Positions 22,913-35,584 of a stretch of 64,000 nucleotides of DNA are shown here, in pieces (position 1 is the first letter of the stretch; every line of letters starts with the position of its first letter). Both the position numbers and the translations under genes were made by a program. Source of the DNA: an uncultured virus (IMG/VR IMGVR_UViG_3300031994_003577) (taxonomy: Duplodnaviria > Heunggongvirae > Uroviricota > Caudoviricetes). Where the stretch lies: IMG/VR virus record IMGVR_UViG_3300031994_003577, positions 1 to 64,000 of that record. One strand, given 5' to 3'. The notes below the pieces were generated by a model. The model was not told where the DNA came from. It was given only the letters and a program-made list of their open reading frames with translations, and made no database searches.

Positions 22913-23395
22913 TTACCAATGTAAATCTTCTTCTCTTAAAACTACTTCCCAATCTTTTAATTCGTTATACACATCTGTTATGTAAGTATTACCACCTTGC
23001 GCCGCGTAGTCATGATATAATTTAAGAAAACTTTCTTTATCATACTATAAAATTTTTCTATATGGCAAATACTTATAATATATATCAGTCATGTCTTTTC
23101 TTAATAAATCATTAGAAGATTGAGTTAATTTATCTAATTTTTCTAATAACTTTTCATCTTGTTCTGTGAACTACTTAATTAATGGTGGAACAAATGACTC
23201 TACAAAATCATTTGTAAATCTTTTATATTGTTCATGAGCTTGTTTTTCTTTCTCTTTATCTTTTTCCTGTTTGCGCTCTTTACCCCATTTAGTATGATTA
23301 ATAGTTTTTTCAATTACCTAAATAAGGAAATATATAAATATAAAAAGACCTCCAATAATTTCGGCCCACTATGAAGGAGTTATTTTTTCAAACAT
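22913..23395 (-). CDS. Single-pass membrane protein (holin/lysis-associated-like)
   Basis: Hand translation (160 aa, 4 TAG): N-terminal TM helix and C-terminal YHDYAAQGGNTY. Missing from the ORF track. Confidence 0.55.
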
Positions 23396-23439
23396 ATGGC
23401 CATCACCTCAAATAAAAGTAGAAGTATTTTACTACAACT

Positions 23440-23817
23440 TTATTTTTTTGGAATAGTCAATTTATCATTATGCCATTTTGAATTAACAAGATGGTTATTT
23501 GTAAAAATATCATATGTAGTATTTATTAAATTATTATCTATTTCCCAATATGGTATACGATATAATTTAATTTTGTGCGCGAGTGCGTAAGCATTTTTCT
23601 ATCGATCATGCTCTTGTTGTTTTTTAAACGCCGCGCGCCCTCTAATTTCAAAAAAATGATATTGGCCGTCTACTTCAATTAAAGTATTCGAAGATGGAAT
23701 ATAAAAATCATATCTATATTTTCCATTTCGTAAATCAGAATATATTTTTTCTCTTTGAAAATTTATATGTGCTTTTTGAAGAATTTTGATAATTTTTTCT
23801 TCGTATGAACTACTCAT
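23440..23817 (-). CDS. DUF559/Vsr-like PD-(D/E)xK endonuclease
   Basis: YDFYIP...IEVDGQYHF...HDR(TAG)KNAYA...LYRIPYW. Confidence 0.75.
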
Positions 23818-24896
23818 TCGCCAAAAACTTTCTCCCAAGTACAATCTTTAATATTTAGATCCGGACGTAAGCGAATCATTTTTGCATGACGAAGCGCGCC
23901 GTCATCTGTGAATTGCATGGCTCCAACTTCAAGACACTTACCTTCATAGTCTTTATAGTTCGTTTTAATTTCATCACTTAATCCACTTAACCATCCAAGC
24001 GAAACAACTTTATTATTACGAAGTACTCCAATTTCTAAACTACCAGCCATACCAAAATAATAAGGTTTTGTTACTGGTTCGATCGGTTCTCCATCCATAT
24101 ATTGAGTATATAGTTGCCCTTGTAATTTTTCTCCAGTTTTTACATTCTCCCAATATTGCCAACTTGGAAGAGTAATTCCACTATAAAGACGAGTTGGCGA
24201 AGCGATATGTCCAGTAAAAAAGCAATCAAGAGTTTCTGATAATTCTCGTTTAACTTTAACCGTTTGGCGCGCTGGGCGTTTACCAGGCTGGTAACAAGTA
24301 CCTTTCTTTGTAATTACAACTCCTTCTCCGCCAGAAGCGAGAATCTTTTGAAGCTCATCCCAAAGTTCTTTGCCTTCGTAATATTGAGCAATTTCAACGT
24401 ATTCATTTTTAACATAAGAAACATCATCTAAATAATTTAGTCTATCTTCAATATTTAATTGATAGGTAGATTTTCCACTCCATGCGAGTACGTCAAATAC
24501 ATAATAATGAAGTTTTTCTCCAGCTTCTTGGCGAGTAATTGCTTTATCTTTAAGACATCCCATAATAGAGGTCACTTTATTACTTCCTTCATTTTTAGGA
24601 AAATAAATTTCTCCAATTAAGCAAGTACCATTCGGAATTGCTTGGAAAAATGATTGAAGTTGTGGAACCCAATCGATCTTATTAAGATAATCTCCATTAA
24701 CTCCCTTAGAACGGCCAAGGAGTTCCATATTCCCATTTTCATCTTTCCAAAATTTATAAAATGCGCCATCCATTTTTCGTGATCCAATATAATCGCCGCT
24801 AAAAATCATATTTTTAATTTCTGCTTTTGGATCTACTTTTGCGTTCGCGCTAAACGACCAGTATTTTTGAGCCTCTAAGTCATGAAAATTATACAT
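23814..24896 (-). CDS. ATP-dependent DNA ligase
   Basis: Motif I KMDG, GEI, YVFDVL, EGVVI, VKVK, LRHA..IRLRPD. Confidence 0.9.
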   Translation of the reverse strand: MYNFHDLEAQKYWSFSANAKVDPKAEIKNMIFSGDYIGSRKMDGAFYKFWKDENGNMELLGRSKGVNGDYLNKIDWVPQLQSFFQAIPNGTCLIGEIYFPKNEGSNKVTSIMGCLKDKAITRQEAGEKLHYYVFDVLAWSGKSTYQLNIEDRLNYLDDVSYVKNEYVEIAQYYEGKELWDELQKILASGGEGVVITKKGTCYQPGKRPARQTVKVKRELSETLDCFFTGHIASPTRLYSGITLPSWQYWENVKTGEKLQGQLYTQYMDGEPIEPVTKPYYFGMAGSLEIGVLRNNKVVSLGWLSGLSDEIKTNYKDYEGKCLEVGAMQFTDDGALRHAKMIRLRPDLNIKDCTWEKVFGE

Positions 24897-25080
24897 TATA
24901 TTACTCCTTTATTTATAATTTTAATGTATATTATTATATTACACTTTTTTCTTTACTCTTTTATTATAGCAGATTTTCCGAAACTTTTCAAATTTTTTAT
25001 ATTGCAGTAAAAAAATAGAGCATACGAAAAAATTTCCTACTTTTATAATAGAGTATTATAGCAAAAAGGGAGAGAATAAA

Positions 25081-25413
25081 ATGATTTATAGAGGAACAAC
25101 ACCAATACATATTTTTTCTTTTCCGTTTACAGAAGATAAAGTTGAAGTTTTATATATAACTTATTTTCAAAAAGGAAAAGTTATTTTTGAAAAAACTTTA
25201 GATGATGTTACTTTTGATGAAATTAATAGTACTATAGAAGTACAAATTACCCAAGAAGAAACTTTAGCTTTTGAAAAATATACCTTTTTAGATAAAACTA
25301 GAGATAGTTTAGTTTTAATTCAAATTCGCACTAAGTTAGTAGATGGTGAATGTTGGGTTTCTGAGGTTATGAAAGAACGAGTAGGAGATGTATTAAAAGA
25401 TGGCATTATCTAA
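25081..25413 (+). CDS. Putative baseplate/tail-associated protein
   Basis: MIYRGTTP...ITQEET pattern; first gene of the tail-fibre cluster. Confidence 0.5.
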   Translation: MIYRGTTPIHIFSFPFTEDKVEVLYITYFQKGKVIFEKTLDDVTFDEINSTIEVQITQEETLAFEKYTFLDKTRDSLVLIQIRTKLVDGECWVSEVMKERVGDVLKDGII

Positions 25414-25585
25414 AAAGATATATACAAAAGAAAATAGCTTTAATCCTAAATATTATGGAGAAAAGTCGGAAAATACTTTTAATACACAATTTCATCAAAT
25501 AAATAATCGTGGGGATGATATTGAACTTGATGAAATAATAATTTATGATGGTGGTGACGTATATGGTTACGAGAAAGAGAATTAA
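25400..25585 (+). CDS. Hypothetical tail-cluster protein
   Basis: Coupled 61-aa ORF containing IIYDGG. Confidence 0.45.
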   Translation: MALSKKIYTKENSFNPKYYGEKSENTFNTQFHQINNRGDDIELDEIIIYDGGDVYGYEKEN

Positions 25586-25892
25586 AACCATATTTTAGAT
25601 ACGCCGCGCTACAGAAGCTGAATGGATAGAACACAATCCACTTTTAGCATTAGGAGAACCCGCTTATTCTTATGATATTTAGAGACTAAAAATTGGTAAT
25701 GGCAAAGATCGTTGGTCTAATTTAAAATATCTAGATTCAAATCAAGAAATAGAAGAAATTATTGAAAGATTAGATAATTTGCATGTTAGTGATTTAGTAG
25801 ACGGCGCAGATTATGCAACGATAGAATATGTTGATGGTAAATTTGAAGAATAGTTATTGATTGATTGTGGTACAAGTACTACAGTCTTATAA
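25563..25892 (+). CDS. Tail-fibre protein with Mtd-N/hyaluronidase-like N-terminal domain
   Basis: F(TAG)IRRATEAEWIEHNPLLALGEPAYSYDI(TAG)RLKIGNGKDRWSNLKY matches the QxRRxT..W...NP.L..GE....D....KIGDG...W..L.Y pattern. Confidence 0.75.
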
Positions 25893-25903
25893 GAGGTGAT
25901 GGT

Positions 25904-26263
25904 ATGAGTGCTACTGCTAGAATAAAATTTAAGCGCGATACGACTCAAAATTGGGATTCCGCGCGCGGCATGATTCCATTAGAAGGAGAAGTAATTGTAT
26001 ATAATGACTATACAACTACTAAAAAAATAATTAATGGAGAAGAAAAAATTATAAAAGTACCAGCTATTAAAATTGGAGATGGTAGGGCTTATGTACAAGA
26101 TTTACCGTTTGTAAATGATGATTTAAGAGATCAATTATTAAATCATATAAGTAATCCAGAAATTCATGTAACGATGGCTGAGAAATTATTTTGGAATAAT
26201 AAATTAAATGTAAACGATGCTTCTGAAGTAGTTAATGAAGCATTAATTTTTAATAGAAATTAA
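25904..26263 (+). CDS. Tail-fibre-associated protein (Mtd-N-like)
   Basis: IKFKRDTTQNW...LEGE...KIGDG...DLPF. Confidence 0.7.
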   Translation: MSATARIKFKRDTTQNWDSARGMIPLEGEVIVYNDYTTTKKIINGEEKIIKVPAIKIGDGRAYVQDLPFVNDDLRDQLLNHISNPEIHVTMAEKLFWNNKLNVNDASEVVNEALIFNRN

Positions 26264-26275
26264 GGAGATAAAATT

Positions 26276-27829
26276 ATGGCATACGTTGATGTAAATATCC
26301 CCGTAATTGATAGAATAACTCTACCATCCGGTAATACTTATTATATCGCGGATAGAGAAATTAGAGATGTTGTTGAAACATTAAGTGAAGCTATTGCTGG
26401 TGGTGTGTCTTATGTCATTGCATGGGATGGAACTGCAGCTCCCGTAGTGGCTAATATTCCTGCTGGTGTAGTAATTATTTATGATGGTACAGAATATACT
26501 GGTACATTATCGGCTAATTCAGCAACACCTGGTGCTTTTTATTTAGTTAGATCTGCAACGCAAGCAGGCGGCACACTTGATAAATATGATGAGTATGTTC
26601 CTGTTGGTGATTCAGGTAGTAAAACTTGGGAAAAAATTGGCGATACTCAAATTGATTTAACAAATGTTGTAACTGGTGTTAGTCTTACAAAATAGACAGA
26701 TACAGTTATTGGTACTGATGCGACATTTACCATTACACAACCTACAATTACATTAGCCACTGATACAACAAGTGGAACTGGAAAAGTACAGGTTATTACT
26801 GGTATTACGAGTGCAAGCGCGAGTGGTGATAGTGTTACTGCTGTTACAGGTCTTGGCACACCTAGTACTGATACATTCTTAAAAGGTGTTAAAGTTACCG
26901 CTTAGCCAACAGTTAGTTTAACTGCTAATACAACTACTTCAACTGGTAGAATTACTTACGTTCAAGCTCAAGGTGCTGCTCAAACGACTAAAGTTTCAGC
27001 AAGCGCGAGTGGTGGTGCAGTTAGTGCAAGTGGTGATAATGTTACCGCTATTACTGCACTCGGTACACCAAGTACAGAAGCAGCTGTAAAGTCTGTAACA
27101 CCAACTACTAAGAAGTTAGTTACGACTACTATTATGGGTATTAAGGGGAGTTCTACGCCATCTGTTGTACAAGGACGCACAGATTAGACAACAGCAACCG
27201 GTAGTGGCACTGCCAGTACAACAAATACTGATTGGCTAAAGGGTGTTAGTGTAAGTAATGGTGTATTAACTATTGGTGCGGCGACTCTCGAAACTTAGAC
27301 AACTTATTCTGCTAACGCACCTACCACTATAACAGTACCCGTAGCTTCTACATCTGCGACAACAGTCGCCACTGGTGCTGTAGGTGTAAGTGGTAGTGGC
27401 GCGAATGTAGTTACAGATGTAGCTGTTGGTGATACTTTTAATGCTGTTACTGGATATGCAAGTCCAACTACTGATACAGTATTGGGTACAGCATCTACAT
27501 TTAATGTCACCGATCCAACAATCACATTAGCTAGTGGTACTACGGGCGATATTACAGTAGCGACCGGTATTGGGGCTGCTACAACAAGATATTTAAGTGC
27601 TTCAGCTAGTGGCACAGCAGTTGGAGCTGATGGAACTGGTGATGCGGTTACTGCTATGGGCACTCCAACTACTGATACAGTTCTTGGTACTGGTAGTACT
27701 ATTACAGTTACACCGACTACTACTTATGTTAAGGCGACTGCTAGTGGAGCAAATACTGCTTGGAATAATAAGGATAGTGTTACAGTTCTTAAGGATACTA
27801 CTGATGTTAGTGTTACTAAAGGTTCTTAA
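26276..27829 (+). CDS. Thr/Gly/Ser-rich tail fibre-like protein (~517 aa)
   Basis: Track ORFs 26276 and 27482 in frame, separated only by TAGs; WEKIGDT motif; internal repeats. Confidence 0.75.
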
Positions 27830-27849
27830 TAAGATATAAATTTTGTTTA

Positions 27850-27889
27850 TACGGCGCGAATTTAATAAAAAATATACAATTCGCGCCGT
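27850..27889 (+). terminator. Hairpin, probable terminator
   Basis: ACGGCGCGAATT...AATTCGCGCCGT inverted repeat between tail genes. Confidence 0.45.
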
Positions 27890-27914
27890 GTAATTTAAAA
27901 TAGAGGTGAAAATT

Positions 27915-28076
27915 ATGCCAGAAACAGGTACAATTTCAAAAATTTCTTTACCAAATGGAGATACTTATTCTTTTCAAGATGAAAATGTTGGTATAACTTC
28001 TACCTATAATAGTAATACAAAAACTGTTATATTAACTGTTGGCTCATTAGGAGACGCAGATAGTACGGAGTATTAA
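27915..28076 (+). CDS. Small tail-cluster protein
   Basis: GAGGTG RBS; MPETGTISKISLPNGDTY resembles the N-terminus of the 26276 gene. Confidence 0.6.
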   Translation: MPETGTISKISLPNGDTYSFQDENVGITSTYNSNTKTVILTVGSLGDADSTEY

Positions 28077-28078
28077 TT

Positions 28079-30451
28079 ATGGCAAAAGTAGCAATTACAG
28101 AGCAATATTTAGAAGATATAGCAGACGCTATTAGAGAAAAAACTGGATTAAGTTCAGCTACTTTTTTACCTTCCTAGATGGCGCCTGCTATCTTAACAAT
28201 TAGTGGTGGCGGTGGAATTATTCCTACCGGTACTTTGAATATTACAAGTAATAATACTTATGATGTAACGCAATACGCAACTGCTGTGGTTGATGTTCCA
28301 ACTGGTTCTACTATTAATAATTAGGATAAGTCAGTTACTCCTACAGAGAGTGGGCAAATAGTAACTTATGATAGCGGGTATACAGGGCTTGGTACTGTAT
28401 CTATTAATGCGATTTCTTCTAGCTATGTGGGTACAGGAATCGCGCGGAAAGATTCATCTGATTTAGTAGTTAGTGGAAATAGTATTACTGCGCCGGCGGG
28501 TTATTATAGTGCTGATGCAAGTAGTGCAGTTAGTTCTATGACTTTGCCTACATCTGCGGTGGCTAGTGCGACTTCAGGTTTCACTTCAAAAGCAACTATC
28601 TCTCGTTCTACTAGTGATTAGTATATAAATATTCCGATTGGATATAATAGTACAGGAGTTTATTATAAAATAAGCGCGGTTCCAAATGGTACGGCTGGAA
28701 CTCCAACTGCGACCAAAGGAACAGTTAGCAATCATAGTATTACTGTAACGCCAAGCGTTACAAATACAACTGGTTATATAACTGGTGGTACTAAAAATGG
28801 TACTGCAGTTAGCGTATCAGCTTCTGAACTTGTAAGTGGAACGAAGTCAATTACTTCTAATGGAACTAGTATAGATGTAACTAATTATGCGGCAGTTAAT
28901 GTCGCGGTTCCTACTGGTTCAACAATAAATAATTAGGATAAATCAGTTACCCCAACGACTTCTAAATAGGAAATAACTTTTGATGCAGAGCAAGGATATA
29001 CAGGCCTCGGTATTGTTACAGTTGAAGAGATATAGACAGAAGCAAAGACAAATATTAGTCCGACTACTTCTTCTCAAACTATTACTCCGACTTCGGGGAA
29101 ATATTTAACTAGCGTATAGATAAATGCGATGCCATCTGGTACTGCCGGTACACCGACTGCTTCAAAGGGAACGGTATCAAATCACTCTATATCTATAACG
29201 CCATCTGTTACCAATACTACTGGTTATATTACTGGGAGTACAAAAACTGGTACTGCTGTAACAGTTAGTGCTTCTGAATTAGTTAGTGGAACCAAATCCA
29301 TTACAACAAACGGTACTGGGATTGATGTAACTAATTATGCTAGTGTAGATGTTAGTGTAAGTGGCGGAGCGCCGGTTATAAATAGTTTAAGTGTTACCCC
29401 CTCTGAAAGTGAGTAGACCTTTAATAGTTCTAGTGTAGATGGTTATAAACCAGTTACAGTAAGTGCGATTAGTTCTACTTATGTTGGCAGCGGGATTACA
29501 AGAAATGATTCTACTGATTTAACTGCCTCTGGAGCAACGGTTTCTGTACCTGCTGGTTATTATGAAGAAGCTGCGAGTAAATCAGTTAGTACAATGACAT
29601 TGCCAACCAGCGCGGCAGCGTCTGCTACATCGGGATATACTTCTAAGGCGACTATTTCTCGTTCTACTTCTGACCAATATATAAATATTCCAACAGGTTA
29701 TAATACAGCAGGTGGATATTATAAAATAAGCGCAGTAGCTAATGGAAGTGCGACTGGGCCTTCCTCATTATCTGGTTCAAGCGCAACAATAAGTACAGGC
29801 ACAAATACCATTACCTTAACAAAAACGGGAATTACTACGACTCCTACAGTGAGTGCGGGCTATGTGTCTAGTGCGACTTCTTCAACTGCGACAGTAGCAC
29901 TTACTGCATCAGTTGCAGTCAATCCAACCCCTACGGCCAGTGGAAAAACTGTTACTATTCCAGTTGGATATTATACAACGTAGACCACTAAAGATGTTGC
30001 AACTGGTAGCACAACTGCGCCGGTAAGTATAAGCGGAAGTTCTGCTACTGTTACTACGGGAACAAATACACTTACTCTTTCTAAAACGATTAGTGTTACG
30101 CCAACAGTATCTGCTGGTTATATAAGTTCTGGTACAGCAGGAAATAGCTCAGTAAGCTTAACTGCTTCTGTTGTCACAAAAGCCGCCACAACTTATCATC
30201 CATCCACAACCGCGCAATCTATATCTAGTGGCACCTATTTAACTGGCGCGCAAACGATTGCGGCAGTAACTACTTCAAATCTAAGCGCAAGTAATATAGT
30301 TTCTGGCGTAACGATAAAAGTTGGAGATAGTTCTGATGATGATTGTGTTGCAAGTGTAACTGGTAATGTAGTTTTACAAAATTACTATACTGGTAGTTCC
30401 GCGCCGACTGCCTCATTAGGTTAGAATGGAGATTTATATCTTTAGTAGTAA
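28079..30451 (+). CDS. Ser/Thr-rich repetitive tail fibre/adhesin-like protein (~790 aa)
   Basis: LEDIADAIREKTG N-terminus, duplicated blocks, PAGYY repeats, C-terminal G(TAG)NGDLYL(TAG)(TAG)TAA. Confidence 0.8.
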
Positions 30452-30463
30452 GGGGTGGTTTAA

Positions 30464-32851
30464 TTGTCAAGAATTATAGATATATCTGATACTTTAACCA
30501 CTCATCCTAGTGGTTACGATAGTTCAAATTCATCTTATTCAAGTGTAAGTGGTTCTTATCCAATTTCAAATGGATATACCGATGCGTCAAGTACTTCTTA
30601 TGCGTATATTACTTGTCATACGGGTTCTCAGGCGGAATCACATATTTCATATACTTTTAATGTTTCAGAAATTCCAGAAGAAGCCACGATTGATTCGGTT
30701 GCTTGTTCAGTTAAATCAAGGGTTAGTTCAACCAATTATTTAACCGCTTCTACTATTTAGTTATATAGCGGCTCTACTGCAAAAGGTTCTTCTACTTCTG
30801 CGGACTCTACTTCAGCAACCGCGCGCAGCATAAGTAATACCGGTTCCTGGACTCGCGCGGAAATTAGTAATATACAAGTGCGTTTAACTGGTAAAAGAGG
30901 CACATCACAAACTTCTCGTGCGGCGTATTTATATTTCTATGGCGCGACTCTTACTATAAATTATTCTGTAAATGGAATAGCTTATACAATTGGCGCGACA
31001 AGTAATGTAAGCGGTACAACCGTAGAGCCTTCCACCCAAGAAGTTATGGGAGGTGAAGATGCAACCATTACTATTTACACAGACGCAATAGATAATATAG
31101 CTGTTACTGATAATGATGTTGATGTTACTAATCAGTTGGAACAACATGCGGTACCTACAGGAGGCACAATTTCTTAGACCCCTGCTTCGTATACAACTAG
31201 TGGTAGCGTTAGTGGTACTCGTTATTAGTCTGCAATAGGCTATAGTGCAGAAAATCCATCAAGCTAGACGGGTAATGATTATTGTGGTAGTAGTGGTAGT
31301 ACGGCCACAATTTATTATCATTTTAATTTTGATGATATACCAGAAAATGCAACTATTGATTCTATGAGCGTGCGCGCCTGCGGCCACTTAGAAAGTACTT
31401 CTAATTCAAGTGAAGTTGCAGAACTCAATACCTACTATGGGACAACCGCTAAAGGAACTACAGTATCATACACCTCAACAAGTAATACGATTAAAGAAAT
31501 TTCTCCAGGTACTTGGACGGTTGCTCAACTTAAAGATGACGCGCGAGTAGGTTTTACAATTGGTTATTATGGTGGCCTCGTTGTTGGTATTACTTGGGAA
31601 GTTACTTATAGCGTTCCTTCATCCGGAGGAGACTATTATTATACATATACGTTAACTAATATAAGTGTTGACCATATAATTGTAATTAATGAGGCCGGTG
31701 CGTTTATACCACCTGAAGAAGACCCGCAATATACGTATTACCCAATTACAATTTCTTCTATTAATGCGACCACATCTCCCGCAAATGGGACAACACGAGT
31801 ACAAGAAGGAACGAATCAAGTAATTACGATTAGTCCTATCGACCCATAGTTAACGCTCGCGCTAGATAATGGAGTTGATATTACAAGTCAACTCGTTGGC
31901 AGCGCACCAGAAAATACATATACAGTTACTACTCAAGTAAGTGGCGCGTCTTATGGATTTAATTTAAATAGTTCTACAGGATATTATGTATCTACTAATA
32001 ATGGAGTTAATAAATCAGCTTCAGTCGCACGATTAAATTTAGATTTTGAAAGTGATTGTCTTGTAACTATTACGTATATAAATTATGCGGAAGAAGATTA
32101 TGACTATGGAATGTTTGGTAAATTAGACACTGAGGTTGCTACGGACGGATTAACTGCTGGAAGTGGTGGTTCAACGCCGTCAGATTCAACAAGTAATTAT
32201 CAAATTGCTAAGTGTAATAATAGTTCAAGTACATAGACTGTAACTTATTCAGTTCCCGCGGGAGAGCATTTTATTGATATTAAATACGGTAAAGATGATG
32301 CATCTAATAGTAATAATGATTCGCTTTAGTGGAAAGTTACTTCAGTTGAAGCGACAAGCGCGGGTGGAGATTATACTTATACTTTAAATAATATAAATTA
32401 GAAACATAGTTTAGTTTTTATTTTTGGTAATGTTAATTATTATTTTATTACTTCAAATGGAAATAGTTCAAAATTATATCCTGATGGGTAGGTTGTAAAA
32501 CTTGAGGGAGATTCATATCTTTTAAGAATAGTACCTAATGATGCTAATGCAACTGTGACACTAAAAGATAATAATGTTGATAGAACTTCGTTACTTGAAT
32601 ATGAAAGTGGAACAGATAAATATGGAAATACTGTTGTAAATTACATATATAAGTTAACAAATATTACTGCGGCGCACACGTTAGTTGTTGCAGTTGGCGG
32701 GAGTTAGCCGAAAATTTATATAAAAGAAAGTAATAGCTGGACTCAATATTCAAAAGTTTATAAAAAAATTAATGGTTCTTGGGTTGAATAGGATTCTTCT
32801 ACTTGGAGTGAATTATTTGATACAAGAATAAATTATAGAAAAATGGAGTAA
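30464..32851 (+). CDS. Putative virion/receptor-binding protein (~795 aa)
   Basis: Three track ORFs in one frame joined via TAG; repeated IPE(E/N)ATIDS module; KIYIKE..SW..YSKVYKKINGSW C-terminus. Confidence 0.72.
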
Positions 32852-32863
32852 GGAGAAAGAAAA

Positions 32864-34042
32864 ATGGCTTTAATTGGTGAAATGAAATATTTAACAATAG
32901 GCGGAAATACGTATTCTATTCCAGAATTTGATTTGCCTATTGCCTCTTCTTCTACTCTTGGTGGAATAAAAGTCGGAACTAATTTAGAGATAAATAGTAG
33001 TACGGGAGTTTTAAGTGTTACAGGGATTCCTACTATTTCAATAACTCAAAATTTAACAAGTGGCACAGAAATTGGGACTATTTCTATTAATGGTTCCTCA
33101 ACAAAATTATACGCACCAACTCCACAAGGTGTTATAATAGATGACGCGCTTTCTACAACTTCCGAGAATCCTGTATAGAATAAAGTTATAAATACTGCGC
33201 TTAACGCAAAATATACGAAGCCAAATACTGGTATTCCTGCGAGCGACTTAGCAAGTGGCGTAATTCCAACTGTTCCATCCGCATATACCTCAACTCCAGC
33301 GATGAACGGGACTGGTTCAGCTGGTTCTTCTGGTGCTTGGTCACGTGGAGATCACGTTCACCCAAGTGATACGAGTCGAGTTCCAACAACTCGCAAAGTT
33401 AATGGAAAAGCTTTATCGGCAGATATTGTACTTGGTGGAGATGATATAAGTGTTGAAGGTGGAACTCTATCTGGAACATTAAATTCATGTTTAGATACCA
33501 TAGATGGTGATATTGAATATGTTACTGGGGCAATAGATGGATTAGCAACAGTTGCAACATCGGGCAGCTATAATGATTTAAATGATAAACCTACTATTCC
33601 CGCGGCAATTACAGTAGATAATAAATTATCAACGACTTCAGAAAATCCCGTTCAAAATAAAGTAATAACAACCGCTTTAAACACTAAATATACAAAACCT
33701 AGTACTGGTATACCGGCTTCAGATTTAGCTTCTGGAGTTATTCCTACCGTGCCCAGTGCCGCCACTACTAGTCCAAAAATGGATGGCACTGCCGCTGTTG
33801 GTTCTTCTTCTAAATATGCAAAAGAAGACCATATTCATCCAACAGATACAAGCCGACAAGCGACACTCGTTTCAGGTACTAATATAAAGACAATAAATAG
33901 TACCTCTCTTCTCGGAAGTGGTAACATTGCGATAACTGGTTTACCAAGTGTAACTACTTCTGATAATGGAAAATTTTTAAGAGTCGTAAGTGGCGCGTGG
34001 GCCGCGCAAACAGTAGAAACTTTAGATGGTGGAACTTGGTAA
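32864..34042 (+). CDS. Tail fibre-like protein (392 aa)
   Basis: LGGIKVG, TSENPVQNKVI repeats, VATSGSYNDL, DHVHP, NGKFLRVVSGAW; one TAG at 33176-33178. Confidence 0.8.
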
Positions 34043-34045
34043 AAA

Positions 34046-34073
34046 AATAAGACGCTATTAAGCGTCTTTTTTT
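34046..34073. terminator. Bidirectional intrinsic terminator
   Basis: AAGACGCT/AGCGTCTT hairpin flanked by A and T runs between convergent genes. Confidence 0.7.
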
Positions 34074-34603
34074 GTACCTAAAATTAATCCATTTGTATCC
34101 ATAAATTCATAAGCAGCCCTTTTTAAATCTTCTAAATTACCGCTATTTTCTATAATGTAATCATACTGATAATTTAAAATATCTTCGGTATTATCTCCTT
34201 TGCTAAGACTTTCCTTATTGTTACCTCTTTTTAACAATATTGTCTACGCTTTATGCGCGCGGCGCAATTTTTCTATTTCTTCAGGTTCGCGCACATCTAT
34301 AAAAAAGATCAATTTATCAAAATCTAAATCTCTATTTGCAGCCCACTATATCTATCTTACGATATAGTTATTTACATCTTTAAAAGGAAGATCGTTATAT
34401 TCAATTAGAAGCTACTTTAAATCTCCTAAAAACTTTCTATCTTTGTCACCTTTTGTTCCATCCCATCCAATTCCGCGCGCGATCTATTTTATAAAATCAA
34501 TAGAAGAATAACTACGTACATATATTGGATTTAAAGCAAAACAAAACTATTCAAAAGTAGTCTTTCCAGACTCTCTTTGCCCATTAACACAAAAAACTCT
34601 CAT
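34058..34603 (-). CDS. Deoxynucleoside-monophosphate kinase-like P-loop protein
   Basis: Hand translation MRVFCVNGQRESGKTT...GWDGTKGDKDRKFL...IDVREPEE...DYIIENSG, 181 aa with 6 TAGs. Absent from the ORF track. Confidence 0.75.
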
Positions 34604-35094
34604 ATTAATACATCTGCTCCTTGACACGCGAGTTTATCTACATATTCATTGTAAGTATTCCCTGCATGCCCTTTTACTTTATAAAAACTTATTTCTGTTT
34701 TATTAAAATAAGGAATTATTTGTTCCCATAAATCTCTATTAGCAACTGGTTGTCTACTGCTATTTACCCAACCATTTTGAAGCCATTTTTCGTACCATTT
34801 TTGAGTATAACAATTAATAAAATATGCGCTATCACTATATAAGTCAATATAACAATTATCTATATCATCTAACTCATAGGCCGCGCGCAGTCCTTCTAAA
34901 ACGGCAGTTAGTTCCATTCTATTATTTGTAGTGTTCTTTTTGCCACCATTTCCTTTTTGTATAATAGTGTCATATTCATTAACAATACACCAGCCCCAAC
35001 CACCGCGCGCCTTAGAGGTTCCATTTGCGCGTGTAGCACCATCAGTATAAATGGAAATTTTATTTTTCATTAGTTTCGGTATTATTTGATTCAT
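34600..35094 (-). CDS. rnhA: Ribonuclease HI
   Basis: IYTDGA, TTNNRMELTA, SDSAY, PVANRDLW, VKGHAG..YNEYVDKLA. Confidence 0.93.
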   Translation of the reverse strand: MNQIIPKLMKNKISIYTDGATRANGTSKARGGWGWCIVNEYDTIIQKGNGGKKNTTNNRMELTAVLEGLRAAYELDDIDNCYIDLYSDSAYFINCYTQKWYEKWLQNGWVNSSRQPVANRDLWEQIIPYFNKTEISFYKVKGHAGNTYNEYVDKLACQGADVLI

Positions 35095-35482
35095 TAATTC
35101 CGTCCTCTTTTAAATAGTTATAGACTTCACTCCAAAAATTTTTATCTTGCCCGCAGGCTTCACTTACATCATAAAGCCATTTATGTGGAAGGTATCCTTT
35201 CTTAAATGGACTCCAAATATAGGTTTTATTAAATAATTTAATTTTGTTCTCTTTAAGATATTTTAAATATTGAAACAAATTCATATTTACTTTAATTTTA
35301 CATCCATATAACGAACTTGCCATATTTGCAATAGTTAAACAAATAAAATCATCATTTTTATTTAAATCTAATTCTCTAATTTCAATAATTCCATTATTTC
35401 TATTTGCATAACCCCACATATTTATAAAAACGTTACCAATAATTTGGTCAATTAATTTTTCATTCATAAATAATTCCTCCAT
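35060..35482 (-). CDS. Hypothetical protein
   Basis: 140-aa ORF downstream of a phage consensus promoter. Confidence 0.55.
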   Translation of the reverse strand: MEELFMNEKLIDQIIGNVFINMWGYANRNNGIIEIRELDLNKNDDFICLTIANMASSLYGCKIKVNMNLFQYLKYLKENKIKLFNKTYIWSPFKKGYLPHKWLYDVSEACGQDKNFWSEVYNYLKEDGINESNNTETNEK

Positions 35483-35584
35483 CTTTATATTTATATTATA
35501 TCATATTTTTCAAATAAACGCAAATTATGAGATTTTTCAAACAAAAACGTAACTTATAATATAGGAATATATGGAGGAATTAAT

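Noticed and set aside
25563..34042. Diversity-generating retroelement suggested by Mtd-N-like domains and repeated blocks
   Set aside because: No reverse transcriptase in the window; the repeats differ at synonymous sites rather than specifically at adenines.
1192..34603. Many genes appear to be pseudogenes broken by stops
   Set aside because: Every break examined is an in-frame TAG with no frameshift; recoding explains them.
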